Below, in pieces: positions 1-13,866 of a stretch of 64,000 nucleotides of DNA. This DNA is from Eledone cirrhosa (lineage: Eukaryota), in assembly GCA_964016885.1 (NCBI GenBank), contig OZ024741.1, forward strand, positions 110,236,001 to 110,300,000. Direction: 5' to 3'. The position numbers and the translations under genes are program-made. How positions within the stretch are numbered: position 1 is the stretch's first letter; every line of letters begins with the position of its first letter. A model generated the notes under the pieces. The model ran no database searches. It was not told where the DNA came from and saw only the letters and a program-made list of their open reading frames with translations.

Positions 1-1400
1 TGAAGTTGGTGTTGGGGATGGTGATTGTGAAGGTGAAGTTGGTGATGGTGATGGTGAAGTTGGTGTTGGGGATGGTGATTGTGATGGTGATTGTGATGGT
101 GATGGTGGAGTTGGTGTTGGGGATGGTGATGGTGATGGTGATGGTGATGGTGATGGTGGAGTTGGTGTTGGGGATGGTGATGGTGATGGTGATGGTGATG
201 GTGATGGTGAAGTTGGTGTTGGGGATGGTGATTGTGATGGTGAAGTTGGTGATGGTGATGGTGATGGTGATGGTGAAGTTGGTGTTGGGGATGGTGATTG
301 TGATGGTGATGGTGATGGTGAAGTTGGTGTTGGGGATGGTGATTGTGATGGTGAAGTTGGTGATGGTGATGGTGAAGTTGGTGTTGGGGATGGGGATGGT
401 GATGGTGATGGTGATGGTGATGGTGAAGTTGGTGTTGGGGATGGTGGTTGTGATGGTGATGGTGATGGTGAAGTTGGTGTTGGGGATGGTGATTGTCATG
501 GTGATTGTGATGGTGATGGTGAAGTTGGTGTTGGGGATGGTGGTTGTGATGGTGATGGTGATGGTGATGGTGAAGTTGGTGATGGGGATGGTGATTGTGA
601 TGGTGATGGTGATGGTGAAGTTGGTGTTGGGGATGGGGATGGTGATGGTGCTGGTGATGGTAAAGTTGGTGTTGGGGATGGTGGTTGTGATGGTGATGGT
701 GATGGTGAAGATGGAGTTGGGGATGGTGATTGTGATGGTAATGGTGAAGGTGAAGTTGGTGTTGGCGATGGTGATGGTGATGGTGAAGGTGATGGTGATG
801 TTGGTGTTGGGGATGGTGATGGTGATGGTGAAGGTGATGGTGATGGTGAAGTTGGTGTTGGGGATGGTGATGGTGATGGTGATGGTGATGGTGATGGTGA
901 AGTTGGTGTTGGGGATTGTGATGGTGATGGTGAAGGTGATGGTGATGGTGAAGTTGGTGTTGGGGATGGTGATGGTGATGGTGATGGTGAAGTTGGTGAT
1001 GGGGATGGTGATGGGGATGGTGATGGTGATGTTGGAGTTGGTGTTGGGGATGGTGATTGTGATGGTGATGGTGATGGTGATGGTGATGGTGAAGTTGGTG
1101 ATGGGGATGGGGATGGTGATTGTGATGGTGATGGTGATGGTGAAGTTGGTGATGGTGATGGTGAAGTTGGTGTTGGGGATGGTGATGGTGATGGTGATGG
1201 TGAAGTTGGTGTTGGGGATGGTGGTTGTGATGGTGAAGGTGATGGTGATGGTGAAGTTGGTGTTGGGGATGGTGGCTGGTGATGTGATGGTGATGGTGAA
1301 GTTGGTGATGGGGATGGTGATGGTGATGGTGAAGTTGGTGATGGTGATGGTGATGGTGATGGTGATGGTGATGGTGATGGTGAAGTTGGTGATGGATGGT
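1..1400. repeat. GGTGAT-based minisatellite with recurring GTGAAGTTGGTGTTGGGGAT motif
   Basis: Direct reading; the M/V/K/L/G ORF 6..1403 is a translation of the repeat. Confidence 0.95.
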
Positions 1401-1499
1401 TAAAAAGCTCCTCACATATTTGGCAATATGTCAGAAAGTCGTTAAGTGAAATTGAAATAAGTTACTGCCTGATCACTACAGCCCCACCATCGCCCTACC

Positions 1500-1755
1500 T
1501 CTTCCCTCTCTCTTCCTCTCTCTCCCTCTCTCTTTCTCTTTTACACACACACACAATCTCTCTCCCCCTCTCTCTCTCTTTCTTTCTTTTACACACACAC
1601 GCACTCACATTCTCTCCCTCTCTCTCTCTCCCTCTCTTTCACACACACACACTCTCCCTATCTCTCTCTCTCTTTCACACACACACACACTCTCTCTCTT
1701 TCTCTCTCTCTCTTTCACACGCACACACTCTCTCTCTCACACAGACTCTCTCTCT
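1500..1755. repeat. Compound (CT)n/(CA)n microsatellite
   Basis: Alternating TC and AC runs. Confidence 0.9.
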
Positions 1756-1779
1756 ACATCACTGACATAACTTCGTACA

Positions 1780-2981
1780 TAATCATCATCATCACCACAA
1801 CCATCACTATCATTACCAACCCCCACCACAAGCAACATTATCATCATGATCATCATAATCATGATCTTCGTCACCAGCACCACTATCATCTTCATCATTA
1901 TCCTCACCACCTTTACTACCCCCACCACCACCACCACCACCATCACTACTATCATCACCACCACCACCACCACCACTACTATCATGCCACCACCACCACC
2001 ACCACCACTACTATCATCACCACCACCACCACCACCACTACTATCATGCCACCACCACCACCACCACCACTACTATCATCACCACCACCACCACCATCAC
2101 TACTATCATCACCACCACCACCACCACCACCATCACTACTATCATTCCCCCCCCCCACCCCCACCCCACCACCACCACTACTATCATGCCACCACCACCA
2201 CCACCACTACTATCATCACCACCACCACCACCATCACTACTATAATCCCCCCCCCACCACCACCATCACTACTATCATCCCCACCACCACCACCACCACC
2301 ACCATCACTACTATCATCACCACCACCACCATCACTACTATAATCCCCACCACCACCACCACCATCACTACTATCATCACCACCACCACCATCACTACTA
2401 TCATCCCCACCACCACCACCACCACCATCACTACTATCATCACCACCACCATCACTACTATAATCCCCACCACCACCACCACCACCACCATCACTACTAT
2501 CATCACCACCACCACCATCACTACTATCATCCCCACCACCACCACCACCACTACTATCACCACCACCACCACCACCATCACTACTATCATCCCCACCACC
2601 ACCACCACCACCATCACTACTATCATCACCACCACCACCATCACTACTATAATCCCCACCACCACCACCACCACCACCATCACTACTATCATCACCACCA
2701 CCACCATCACTACTATCATCCCCACCACCACCACCACCACTACTATCACCACCACCACCACCACCACTACTATCATCACCACCACTACCACCACCACCAT
2801 CACTACTATCATCACCACCACCACCACCACCACCATCACCACCACCACCATCATCACTACTATCATCACCACCACCACCACCACCACCATCACCACCACC
2901 ACCACCGTCACCACCACCACCACCATCACTACTATCATCACCACCATCACCACCCCCACCCCACCACCACCACCACCACCA
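1780..2981. repeat. (CAC)n array with CATCACTACTATCAT higher-order unit
   Basis: Direct reading. Confidence 0.95.
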
Positions 2982-2994
2982 AGTGAAGTAGAGG

Positions 2995-4655
2995 GTGAGG
3001 GTGGAGGTGGTGGTGGTGGCACTGATGGTGTGGGCGGGGATGTTAGTAAAGAGGTGAGGTGGTTATGGTGGCGGTAGTGCTGATGGTGGTGATGGCGGTT
3101 TTGGCGTTGATGGGGCTAGGGTTAGCGGTGGCGGTGGTGATGATGGTAGTGTTGGTAGTGCTGCTACTGGTGGTGGTGATGATGAGGGTGGTGGTGGTGG
3201 TGGTGGTGGTGGTGGTGGTGGTGATGGTGGTGGCAGTGCTGCTACTGGTGGTGGTGATGATGGTGGTGGTGGTGCTGCTGCTGCTGCTGCTACTGGTGGT
3301 GGTGATGATGGTGGTGGTGGTGGTGGTGATGATGATGGTGGTGGTGGTGCTACTGGTGGTGGTGATGATGGTGATGATGGTGGTGGTGGTGGTGGTGGTG
3401 GTGGTGGTGATGGTGGTGGTGGTGGTGGTGGTGATGGTGGTGGTGGTGGTGGTGATGGTGGTGGTGGTGGTGCTACTGGTGGTGATGATGAGGGTGGTGG
3501 TGGTGGTGGTGGTAGTGGTGGTGGTGGTGGTGGTGGTGGTGGCAGTGCTGCTACTGGTGGTGGTGATGATGATGGTGGTGGTGGTGGTGGTGGTGATGGT
3601 GGTGGTGATGATGGTGATGATGGTGGTGATGATGGTGGTGGTGGTGCTGCTGCTACTGGTGGTGGTGATGATGGTGGTGGTGGTGGTGGTGGTGGTGGTG
3701 GTGGTGGTGGTGGTGGCAGTGCTGCTACTGGTGGTGGTGATGATGGTGATGATGGTGGTGGTGGTGGTGGTGGTGGTGGCAGTGCTGCTACTGGTGGTGG
3801 TGGTGATGATGGTGATGATGGTGGTGGTGGTGGTGATGGTGGTGGCAGTGCTGCTACTGGTGGTGGTGATGATGGTGATGATGGTGGTGATGATGGTGGT
3901 GGTGGTGATGCTGCTACTGGTGGTGGTGATGATGATGGTGGTGGTGCTGCTGCTGCTGCTGCTGCTACTGGTGGTGGTGATGATGGTGGTGGTGGTGGTG
4001 GTGATGATGATGGTGGTAGTGGTGCTACTGGTGGTGGTGATGATGGTGGTGGTGGTGGTGGTGATGATGGTGGTGTGGTGGTGCTGCTGCTGCTGTTGCT
4101 GCTGCTGCTACTGGTGGTGGTGATGATGGTGGTGGTGATGGTGGTGGTGGTGGTGCTGCTACTGGTGGTGGTGATGATGGTGGTGGTGGTGCTGCTACTG
4201 GTGGTGGTGGTGCTGCTACTGGTGGTGGTGATGATGATGGTGGTGGTGCTGCTACTGGTGGTGGTGGTGGTGATGATGGTGGTGGTGGTGGTGGTGATGG
4301 TGGCGGTGGTGATGATGGTAGTGTTGGTGGTGCTGCTACTGGTGGTGGTGGTGATGGTGATGATGGTGGTGATGATGATGGTGGTGGTGGTGGTGATGAT
4401 GGTAGTGTTGGTGGTGCTGCTACTGGTGGTGGTGGTGATGATGGTGGTGGCGGTGATGGTGGTGGTGGTGGTGGAGGTGATGGTGGTGGTGTATGTTGGT
4501 GGTGTTGGTGGTGGTGGCGCTGGTGGTTGTGATGATGATGGTGGTGGTGGTGATGGTGGTAATAGTGACGGCTGTGGTAGTGATGGCAGTGGCAGTACAG
4601 CGGTATGGCGGGGGTGTCAGTATGATAGTGTTGCTGGTTGTGGTGTTAGGTTGGG
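2995..4655. repeat. (GGT)n array with GCTGCTACTGGTGG and GATGAT interruptions
   Basis: Direct reading. Confidence 0.95.
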
Positions 4656-5066
4656 GTTTAGATTTAGCTATTTAAATGGTGAACGGCGCCGGAATCGTGG
4701 CTGCGACGTACCCAAGGAAATGTTAGGTTCGTTAACTCGGCTGTAATCAAACATAGTTTCACTGTGTTGTCAATGGCCCTTAATCCCGGTTGACAGAATG
4801 CATTCACTATATACACAGAACATATATATATAGAGAGAGACTTATATATATAGAGAGACATGTATATATCCAGAGAGAGGGACATACACACAAATATATA
4901 TATATATGTGTGTGTATATATGAATATGTATTTATATATGCATGTATATATGCATTTATGAATATATATGTATGTATATGTATATATATTGATATATTTA
5001 TATATATGTATGTGTGCGCGTGTGTGTGTGTGTTTGCATACATATTTGCGTGTTTATGTCTGTGTA

Positions 5067-5102
<36 letters not shown>

Positions 5103-5211
5103 TATAATATATAGTGTGTGTGTCTGTATGTCTGTGCGTGTGTGTGAGAGAGGGAAATAATATAGTCTCCATAATGCAGGTAATTATGATAATATTTATA
5201 TAAATAATATA

Positions 5212-5264
<53 letters not shown>

Positions 5265-5329
5265 GTGTATGTAGGTATATATGTATGGATTGATGGATGG
5301 TCGGGTGGATGGATGTAAACGAGAGTAAA

Positions 5330-6015
5330 AGTTAAATTACAGGCATCACTACAAACAACTTGAAAGGTTTCAGCAATTGAATTGATTGGAGAACACACTG
5401 TGAAAGTATCGAATCCCTGTTTCTATAATCAAGTTTAGATGAAGTGGTAACATGTTGTGCATGGATAGCAGCCGACTTCCGAAGAGGATGTTTTATGGAG
5501 ACCTGGCCAGAAGAAAGCGACCACGTCATAAGCCTATGAAGTGATATAAGGACTGTCTTAAAGAGTTACTTATACGAACTAACATCAATATTGCAATATG
5601 GAGAACTTAAAATTGTGATAGAAGTAAATGGAAAAAGACGGCCTTAAAAGGATGCCAGAAAGGGTCTTGCTGTCGATTTATCAGAACAAACTAGTGATGT
5701 CCATGGTTTAACATGCAAAATGGGTAACAGATTCTGCTTTACCAAGGCTGGTGAGAAACGTCCTATTTGCAGTCATTGTCCTATTTGCAGTCACGAATAT
5801 ATAGCTCCTGCCGATAACGAAATCGCCACAATCAGAAATATAACATACACATGCAGAACCTGTGGCAAAGAATGTAGGTCTGTTGGTGGCCTTGGACTAC
5901 ACAGCCACATCAAAGAGCATAATGATCCTCAAGAGGTCAGTAATGTTATATCGAGAGCGTAGCACACCTGGCAACTCTGTGCAAAGCACTGTCAGTCTCT
6001 TGTAGGCCTAAAACG
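5330..6015 (+). mobile_element. Decayed RTE-clade LINE 3' fragment with C2H2 zinc-finger tail
   Basis: 5461 onward reads MDSSRLPKRMFYGDLARRKRPRHKPMK*YKDCLK, homologous to 53076 ORF (DSRIPKQLFYGELVKGKRPPHKPKKRYKDSLK); ORF 5720 has CRTCGKECRSVGGLGLHSHIKEH. Confidence 0.8.
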
Positions 6016-6063
6016 CCTACATATATACATGCATGCATACATACATACATACATACATGCATA

Positions 6064-6424
6064 CATGGTGGCTGCCAACTCGTTTTCGAGTACGGCCACT
6101 ACTTTATATCCATGTAGGAGAACCCCTACCGATGCGCTGAACGAGTGTGAATTTTTAGTCCAGCCAGCGACTTGAAAACTCTGGTACAAACACTACACTT
6201 GTGACAATTATTGACACAGTGCTGGGCCCATGGTACCATGTGACGGCAAGTGCAGAGAGATCTCCAGATATAAAGCAATGCCTGTGCCGTGAAGCTTTTA
6301 TAGTGAGCAAAGGCACTGCACAAAGCCAGTCCCACTCTCTTAACCAAGATGATATTTACCAAAAAGAAGAACAAGTCAACATCATTGGATACAATCAGGG
6401 TTGCAGGTGTTATATCAGAGTGAC
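6064..6424 (-). mobile_element. 3' fragment of LINE-like element ending in a C2H2 finger, embedded in (CATA)n
   Basis: Minus ORF ends CSVCTRVFKSLAGLKIHTRSAHR*, then short UTR and (TATG)n; near-identical copy at 46570-46855. Confidence 0.7.
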
Positions 6425-6555
6425 ATGCATACATACATACATACATACATACATACATACATACATGCATACATGCATACATACATACATACATACATAC
6501 ATACATACATACATACATACATACATACATACATACATACATACATACATACATA

Positions 6556-6985
6556 CAAAAGAGATAGGATGCAGGCAAAACACCTAGACTGGGATATGTT
6601 AGTAACTGGGATATGTTAGTAACTGCCTCAATACAAATATTGAGAAGCTGAGCTTCACAGAAATAGGAAGAACACAACTAGTTAGGAAATTACAAGTACA
6701 ATCCATTGATGGAACAATAAAAATATGTAAAACATTTCAAAAATCTAATAACTACATATTCACATGTACAGATACAAAGTATATGCACATGCACACAAAC
6801 AACTCAAAATATACACATCCATACATACAATAATATCCATACCTGCACACACATGCATGCAGACATGCATACATATCTACGTAGTTGATGTGTAAATTCC
6901 AATGAGAGAGTCTTGTATCTATGTTAGAAACCGGCTCTCTCTCCATTTGCAAAAACGTGTGAAATTATAAAACCAGAAGAACATA
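6556..6985 (+). mobile_element. Internally deleted R4/Dong-like non-LTR 3' fragment
   Basis: Matches 38884-38915 joined to about 39355-39740; ends GAAATTATAAAACCAGAAGAACATACATAC. Confidence 0.75.
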
Positions 6986-6994
6986 CATACACAC

Positions 6995-7225
6995 ATGATG
7001 GCTTTTCCCTCGTTATCGAGTATGGCCATTGCACGATATACCATTATTAATAATTATTAATTAATTCCATCGTGCAATGCCTGTGCGTGAAGATTTTTTT
7101 AAAGTGAGGAAAGACTGTGCACTGATCCAATCCCACTCTCTGAGCGACAGTAGCTATAACCCGAAAAAAAGAAAAGATCAACATCATCGGTAACTACTGA
7201 GCGGCAGGTTTTATGTCGGAGTTAT
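6995..7225 (-). mobile_element. Diverged relative of the 6064-6424 element
   Basis: Shared segments CTCGTTATCGAGTATGGCCA, GCAATGCCTGTGCGTGAAG, TCCCACTCTCT, TCAACATCATCGG. Confidence 0.55.
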
Positions 7226-7837
7226 CCCAGTTTCCTGAGTTGCCATCTCCTAGAAGAATGCCCTGACAAAGGCTAGGGGTCCTTCACTTCCAGTGGTTTA
7301 AACGCGCGATTTTTTTACGAGTAGTTTTACGTCCCCTCGTATATACATACACATGCATCCATGTATATACACATATACATACATATGTACATGTGTATAT
7401 TCATATTTACACACATACATACATACATTCATACATACATACACACTTATAACACACAAACACACACATATTTAGATGCACGTACATATGATACACTCAT
7501 AAACAAATAACACACAGACACACACATATACACACATATAGCACATACATACAAATGTATGTTCCACATAGAAACACACACACATACAGTGTCTTTCATT
7601 AACTTTTAAGTCCCGTATGAAGTCGTAACAGAATTGAAATGTGAGTCACGTGATTAGGAGTTCCATTGCTTGGTCGTAACGTGGCGACTCATTGTTTCAG
7701 ACGAAACACGGGCATAAGAAGGTCGCGCACGTAGTTAATGTTTTTATTTCAGACCAACCACGTGCCCCGGAAATCTTTCTCACGTGGTTAGTTTTTCTAT
7801 AAGAGCTCAACAACGTCTATAACAAAAGTTTATTCAG

Positions 7838-7958
7838 TTCTGAGTTCAAATCCCGCCGAGGTTAACTTTGCCTTTCATCCTTACGGGGTCGATAAAATAA
7901 GTACCAGTAATGCACTGGGTAATTGCTGGCCTTGTGCCAAAAGTAGAAACAATTATTA
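7838..7958 (+). mobile_element. SINE family A, 5'-truncated
   Basis: TTCTGAGTTCAAATCCCGCCGAGGTTAACTTTGCCTTTCATCC...GTAGAAACAATTATT, repeated many times in window. Confidence 0.9.
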
Positions 7959-8049
7959 TATTTTCTATTTGTTTTGATCTGGATGAAGGGACAGTGCCCT
8001 TGGTCTGGTGGCAGTCATTGTGTTGATGATAGACATCTTTCAACCCTAA

Positions 8050-8200
8050 CACTCTTCAGATAGACACGGCGAGCATTTCTCTAGATCAGTTGTAAGTCGA
8101 TGACTTCAGTAAATCGTGTAAACGAATGGCTTTCTAGAAGCGAGATGTTCTGTAGAGGAAGGATTTGGCGTAATGTTTAGTACACTGGCGAAGAGAAGGG
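8050..8200 (-). mobile_element. CR1/L2-like LINE 3' remnant
   Basis: Minus strand translates RQCTKHYAKSFLYRTSRF*KAI, resembling the SFxxRTxxxWN C-terminal motif of CR1-group RTs. Confidence 0.45.
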
Positions 8201-8702
8201 CTGGATATGATATAATAGGTAAGAAGAGGAGAAACAATTGAGTAAGGAGTATCTGTTTGTTTATTTAATTAATTTAAACATCCGTAAAGAACCTGTAAGC
8301 CATTATAATCAAGAAACAAAAACAAGAGAGAAATAAAGGAACAGAAACAAAAATAAGAAAAAAAGGGGAAAAGGACAGCTATAGAACAGTTACATGTATC
8401 TGTTGTTAAATCTTTTCGTAATCTCCATGTACTAAAATATCTTGTTTATAGATGGTAGATCTTTGACAACATATCGTCCCTCCGATCTTGGTAGTATTTC
8501 AAAGATCACTACATAAACACATACATATTCGTCTGGACTAAAGTATGACTGAACTTGAATTTGTGGAGAAAAATGTTGCTCCCTAATTCATAAGCTTCAA
8601 ATGGCTGAGACTTCAAAACCTGTAAACCATTCTTACGATACAAAGGATGAACGCTTTAAATAAAATCAAAATTAAGAGAAAGAGAAGAAAACATACATAC
8701 AT

Positions 8703-9250
8703 ATGGGAAATACTCCCTGAACGATGACCAAAACCTCACATCCAGAGAAATTGTACAACACTACCTCACCAAATCAATAGATGAAAAACTACATACTATC
8801 AGCAAAATCTCTTGCATGGCTAGGTTGTCAAAAAGCTTAAAAGTGAGAGTAATATATATAAGCAAAGTAGTCCATCTTGGACCAACAACCGGTGTATTGG
8901 CTCATACTTTGAAGAGTATGCTTTTGGAATCCGGGAACAGGAAATAACAACGAAATCCCTTATGCATAAAAGGGACATAGAGACAGGCAATATATCAGAC
9001 TGTAGAATAAATACCATATATGTCCCCACCACGATACTATCTTCTAATGAGACATGATGGTCAAAACACTATACAAAGCACCCGTGGAAAGGAGAATCCT
9101 GACAATAAAAATATAAAAAGATACAGCAATGTGGAGGGTATACGCAAACATAATATGAAAGAGCACTGATGGAATGTTCCAATCATAATCCCAACATAAC
9201 AATCCAGACATAGTGGCATGGGACAGAGAAAAGAAGTCATATACAAGAAT
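8703..9250 (+). mobile_element. Decayed R4/Dong-like fragment
   Basis: Colinear with 38630-39200 (SSPSWTNNR, AIxEQEI, WNVPI, PDIVAWD); begins right after CATACATACAT. Confidence 0.75.
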
Positions 9251-9340
9251 CAACCATGGATTTTTTACCAAGATATACGAGGGTGTAAAACATCGACTCC
9301 ACACTCGGACAAGATCTATCTATCTATCTAGCTAGCTAGC

Positions 9341-11216
9341 TAGGGTCGACCATCGATACTTGGAAGCGGTTCTCAAGGCGGCTGGTTTCGGTCCCGTTTT
9401 CAGAGGCTGGATCGAGGCGATGCACACCAGCTGGTGTGCATCGCCTCGATCGAGGGTCAAGGTGGACGACTACTTATCGGAGCCGTTCGCAATCACGCGT
9501 TCCATTCGACAGGGGTGGCCTCTCTCCTCCATTCTGTATGTATTAACTCTAGAGCCACTACTGCGGAAATTGGAGCTGTTGCAGGGCATCCCTCTAGAAC
9601 CAGCACTGCGCAAAGCGGCGTCGGCTTATGCCGACGACATGACGGTAATGGTGTCGAGCACCTCGGAAATAGGTGTGATCGGCAACTTACTGAAAGAATA
9701 CGAAACGCTGACGGGAGCAAAACTAAACCCGGACAAGTCTGTCGGTTTACAACTCGGTACGTGGAGAAGCAAACCGATGACGTCCGACAGCGTCGTTGGA
9801 CGCTGGACGGATGGACCGGTGAAATTGCTCGGGGTCTGGTTCGGTCCAGACCTCCAGGTGGAGAAAAACTGGAACGAGGTCACGGCCAAGGTGTTTGCAC
9901 TCACCCAGAAGTGGGCAGAGTGCAAACTGTCCTTGAAAGGTCGAGCGGAGGTGGCGAACACTTTCATATCGTCCGTCATCTACTACCGCTTGACTGTCGT
10001 GCCTTGTCCCCGTGAACACCTCGCCAAGATGGAACGCATGCTCTTCCAGTTTCTGTGGAAGAAGCAGGCTCCGCTGGTGAGGAGATCCGTCTGTTGTCAG
10101 CACCCTTCCAACGGAGAGCTGAGAATGCCGTGGCTGATGATGCGCAAACATGCGCTGAGGCTGCGGCATCTCCAAGTATTCCTCACCGACCCTTAACTGG
10201 TGTGGGCACCGTTTGTGAGACAGGCTTTCCCACAGCTCGTCTCGCTGACGGAGCTGCAGTCCTGGGTCAAGAAAAGACCGAAAACGATGGGCGCCTGGCA
10301 CATTGAATGTGCCCAGGCGCTCACAGTCCTCTGGCAAGCGGGCACAGCAATCAGTGGAGACTCCACGTCGACGTTCTATAGAGGGATTGTACGTTACAAG
10401 GGCGACGACGTGCTCGGAGAGACTCTGGGCGTCGAAGACGATGAGCTCACCACTCTGTTTGGTAGGACTTTCCGCCCGGGACCTATGGACAACTTCCAGA
10501 GGTCCCTGGCCTGGCAGTGCTACCGAGGAGCTCTACCGGGTCGTGACAAGATCTACAGGCACAGACGCCCCGGCAGGGATCCTTCCAAGAAGACGTGTCC
10601 AAGATGCGCGCAGGACATTGAAACAGTCCTGCACGCAATTGTACACTGCCCGGGCGTAACCGACCTGTGGAACTATTCAGAACAGCTGCTGTCGCGTATG
10701 GGACAAATCCAGTTGACTGCCGAGTCCATAGTAAGGATCAAACCACCAGCCTCTTTCAAAAACGTGGCTATGGTGAAAGAAGTTATATGGTGGACGAGAT
10801 TGAGAGGTCTGAGGACAGATGCCTTTCTCTCCGGACAACAATTGATTCCCTTCTTTAAGTATCACTTTAGAAGGAGAATCAGAGTGGAGAGAGAGGCACT
10901 GCACCCTAGTAAATTTACTGAAAGGTGGGTGAATGAAGCGAAAATGGCCCGAGTGATTGGGCCTTCTCTGTTTATAAGCCTGTAGGTTAAAGAAGAGAGA
11001 AAAAGGCAGAAAGGAGCACTTGCACAACACGCTCCTGTAGTTGAGGGTTCTATCGACGGGGTATTAAACAACCCATTTGTGGCGCCTCGCCCCTATTGGG
11101 GATTTCGATTGTTGTAATTGTTTGTTTTTATATTTTTTACACAATTGTATGTAAAATCCCCGGCATGTATTTGTATTGTCCCCTTTTCTTGTGCGCCCTT
11201 GTGGCAAATAAAGAAA
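9341..11216 (+). mobile_element. 5'-truncated L1-Tx1-like LINE copy 1 (RT, CCHC zinc knuckle, 3' UTR)
   Basis: RQGWPLS, YADD, KLLGVWFG RT motifs; CPRCAQDIETVLHAIVHC; one in-frame stop at 10194; ends GTGGCAAATAAAGAAA. Confidence 0.92.
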
Positions 11217-11220
11217 TCTA

Positions 11221-11263
<43 letters not shown>

Positions 11264-11323
11264 TTCTATCTATATTTTTATCTATCTGTCTATCTATCTA
11301 TCGATCTATCTATCTATATGTCC

Positions 11324-13284
11324 CCGGCTCTGGTGGGGCCCTGATCAACTTGGATCAATCTAAGGCGTTCGATAGGGTCAACCATGGTTACCTGGATGCG
11401 GTGCTAGCGGCGGCAGGCTTCGGACCCGTTTTCAGGGGCTGGATCAATGCCATGCACAGCAGCCGCATCTGCTCTAGGGTCAAGGTGAACGGCTACCTCT
11501 CGGAGCCGTTCGAAATCGCGCGGTCCATCCGACAAGGGTGCCCTCTCTCACCCTTCTGTATGTAATGACTCTAGAGCCACTGCTTCGGAAGTTGGAGTTG
11601 TTGCAGGGCATCCCGTTGGAACCGGGATTGCGGAAAGCGGTGTCGGCCTACGCCGACGACGTAACAGTAATGGTGTCGACGGCCTCGGAAATCGGGGCGA
11701 TCGGCACCTTACTGGAGGAGTACGAAAAGTTTACAGGGGCTAAGCTGAACCGGGACAAGTCGATCGGTCTGCAACTCGGCACGTGGAGGGGCAGATCGGT
11801 GCCCTCCGATGGCGTCGTCGGGCGCTGGACGGAGGGCCCGGTGAAGTTGCTCGGGGTCTGGTTCGGACCAGGTGGAGAAGAACTGGGTGAGGTAACGAAC
11901 AGGGTGTTTGCACTGACCCAGAAGTGGGCCGAGTGCAAACTGTCCCTGAAAGGTCGGGCGGAGGTGGCGAACACTTATATAGCGTCCGTCATCTACTACC
12001 GCCTGACGTCGTGCCTTGCCCAAGGGAAACGCTCGCCAAAATGGAACGCGCACTCTTCCAATTCCTCTGGAAGAAGCGGGCTCCTATGGTGAGGAGAACC
12101 ATCTGCTGTCAACACCCTTCGAAAGGAGGGCTGGGGATGCCGTGGCTAATGATACGTAAACACGCATTAAGGCTACGGCACCTCCAGGTATTCCTCACCG
12201 GTCAACCGGTGTGGGCCCCGTTTGTGAGGCGAGCCTTTCCCAGACTCGTCTCACTCACCTGCAATCCTGGGTCAAGCAAAGACCGAGAAAACTGGGCGCC
12301 TGGCACACCGAGTGTACCCAGGCGCTCACGGCTCTCTGGCAGGCGGACCCGGCTGTCAGTGGAGAATCCACCTCGTCATTCTATAGAGGCTGGTGGTGAG
12401 CAGGTGCGACGACGCCCTCGGAGAAGCCCTAGGCATGGAGGAAGATGAACTGGCCAACCTGTTCGGTAGGACATTCATCCCGGGATCCATGGATAACTTC
12501 CAGAGGTCCCTGGCCTGGCAGTGCTACCGAGGGGCTCTGCCCGTTCGAGAAAGGCTCTACAGACACGGGCACCCGGGTAGGGACCCCTCGAAAAAGTTAT
12601 GTCCCAGATGCGTGTGCGACGAGGAAACCGTTGCACACGCATTGGACACTGCTCGGGCATTGCCGATCTGTGGGGCTATGTCGAACAACTGCTGTCAAGG
12701 GTGGGACCGATCCGGTTGACCACCGAGTCTATTGTAACGATCAAGCCGCCTCCCCCTTCAAAAACGAAGGAGAGGCGGTGTTTCTGTGCGTAATAGCCAT
12801 GGCGAAAGAGGTTGTATGGTGGACGCGTCTGAAAGGTCTGAGGCCAGACACCTTTCTCTCTGGCCAACAACTGGTCCGTTTCTTCCGATATCATTTCGGA
12901 AGAAGGATCAGGATGGAGAGAGAGGTGCTGCACCCCAGCCGTCTTTATGAAAGATGGTTGAAAGTGGCGAGAATGGCCCGTGTGAATGGGCCTTCACTCT
13001 ACATCAGACTATAGGTGAGGAAGATGAAAGACCAAGGGAGCACCCCCTCTCTGTGCTCCTGAGGAGAAGGGTTGCACACTTTTTTTCGGGGGTGTGTGCG
13101 ACCCCCCAAGGCGCCTCCTCCCTATTGAGGATTTTGTTATAAAATTTATTTTGTTATATTTTATTTTATTTTTATACTTTTATATCTTGTTATTGCCTCC
13201 TCCATATTGAGGACGCCTTTGCATGTAAACTCCCCCCTTTGTACTTGTCCCACTTTTGATGCCCTGGTGGCAAATAAAAAGAAA
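11324..13284 (+). mobile_element. 5'-truncated L1-Tx1-like LINE copy 2 (frameshifted) with 17-bp TSD
   Basis: LDQSKAFDRV, RQGCPLS, YADD, CPRC..ETVAH; flanked by TATCTATCTATATGTCC at 11307-11323 and 13287-13303. Confidence 0.92.
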
Positions 13285-13286
13285 GT

Positions 13287-13492
13287 TATCTATCTATATG
13301 TCCATCTATTTATCTGTCTGTCTATCTATCTATCGATCTATCTATCTATATGTCCATCTATTTATCTGTCTGTCTGTCTATCTATCTATCGATCTATCTA
13401 TCTATATGTCCATCTATTTATCTGTCTGTCTGTCTATCTATCTATCGATCTATCTATCTATATGTCCATCTATTTATCTGTCTGTCTGTCTA
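13287..13492. repeat. (TCTA)/(TCTG) minisatellite with about 52-56 bp higher-order unit
   Basis: TCGATCTATCTATCTATATGTCCATCTATTTATCTGTCTG repeated. Confidence 0.9.
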
Positions 13493-13825
13493 ACTCCATA
13501 CTTGACGTTATTAATAAAGACAGACAGAGGTCTCTCTGGTGTATAAAGTTGTACATGGTACAAGTTCATCTCTATTCTACCTAACAGCCATCTATCACTT
13601 TAGGGACTTCAACCATCATGTAAATCATTTAAGAAGGCCCCATATCTGACAGAGGTCACATCAGTATTTACTGTCTAAGTTCACTTTAACGATTGATACT
13701 ATATAACCAGAAGGGGTTTATGTCAATACCATGACGTCATGATTTAGTATAATGTCAGTGAGTTTTTAAATGTGAAACGGAGTATGTGAGTGTGTGCTAT
13801 ACTGCGTATGTGTGTGTATATATAC

Positions 13826-13859
<34 letters not shown>

Positions 13860-13866
<7 letters not shown>

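Noticed and set aside
6-4746. Long ORFs (465, 343, 354 aa) rich in V/M/T/P
   Set aside because: Stop-free translations of trinucleotide and hexanucleotide repeats
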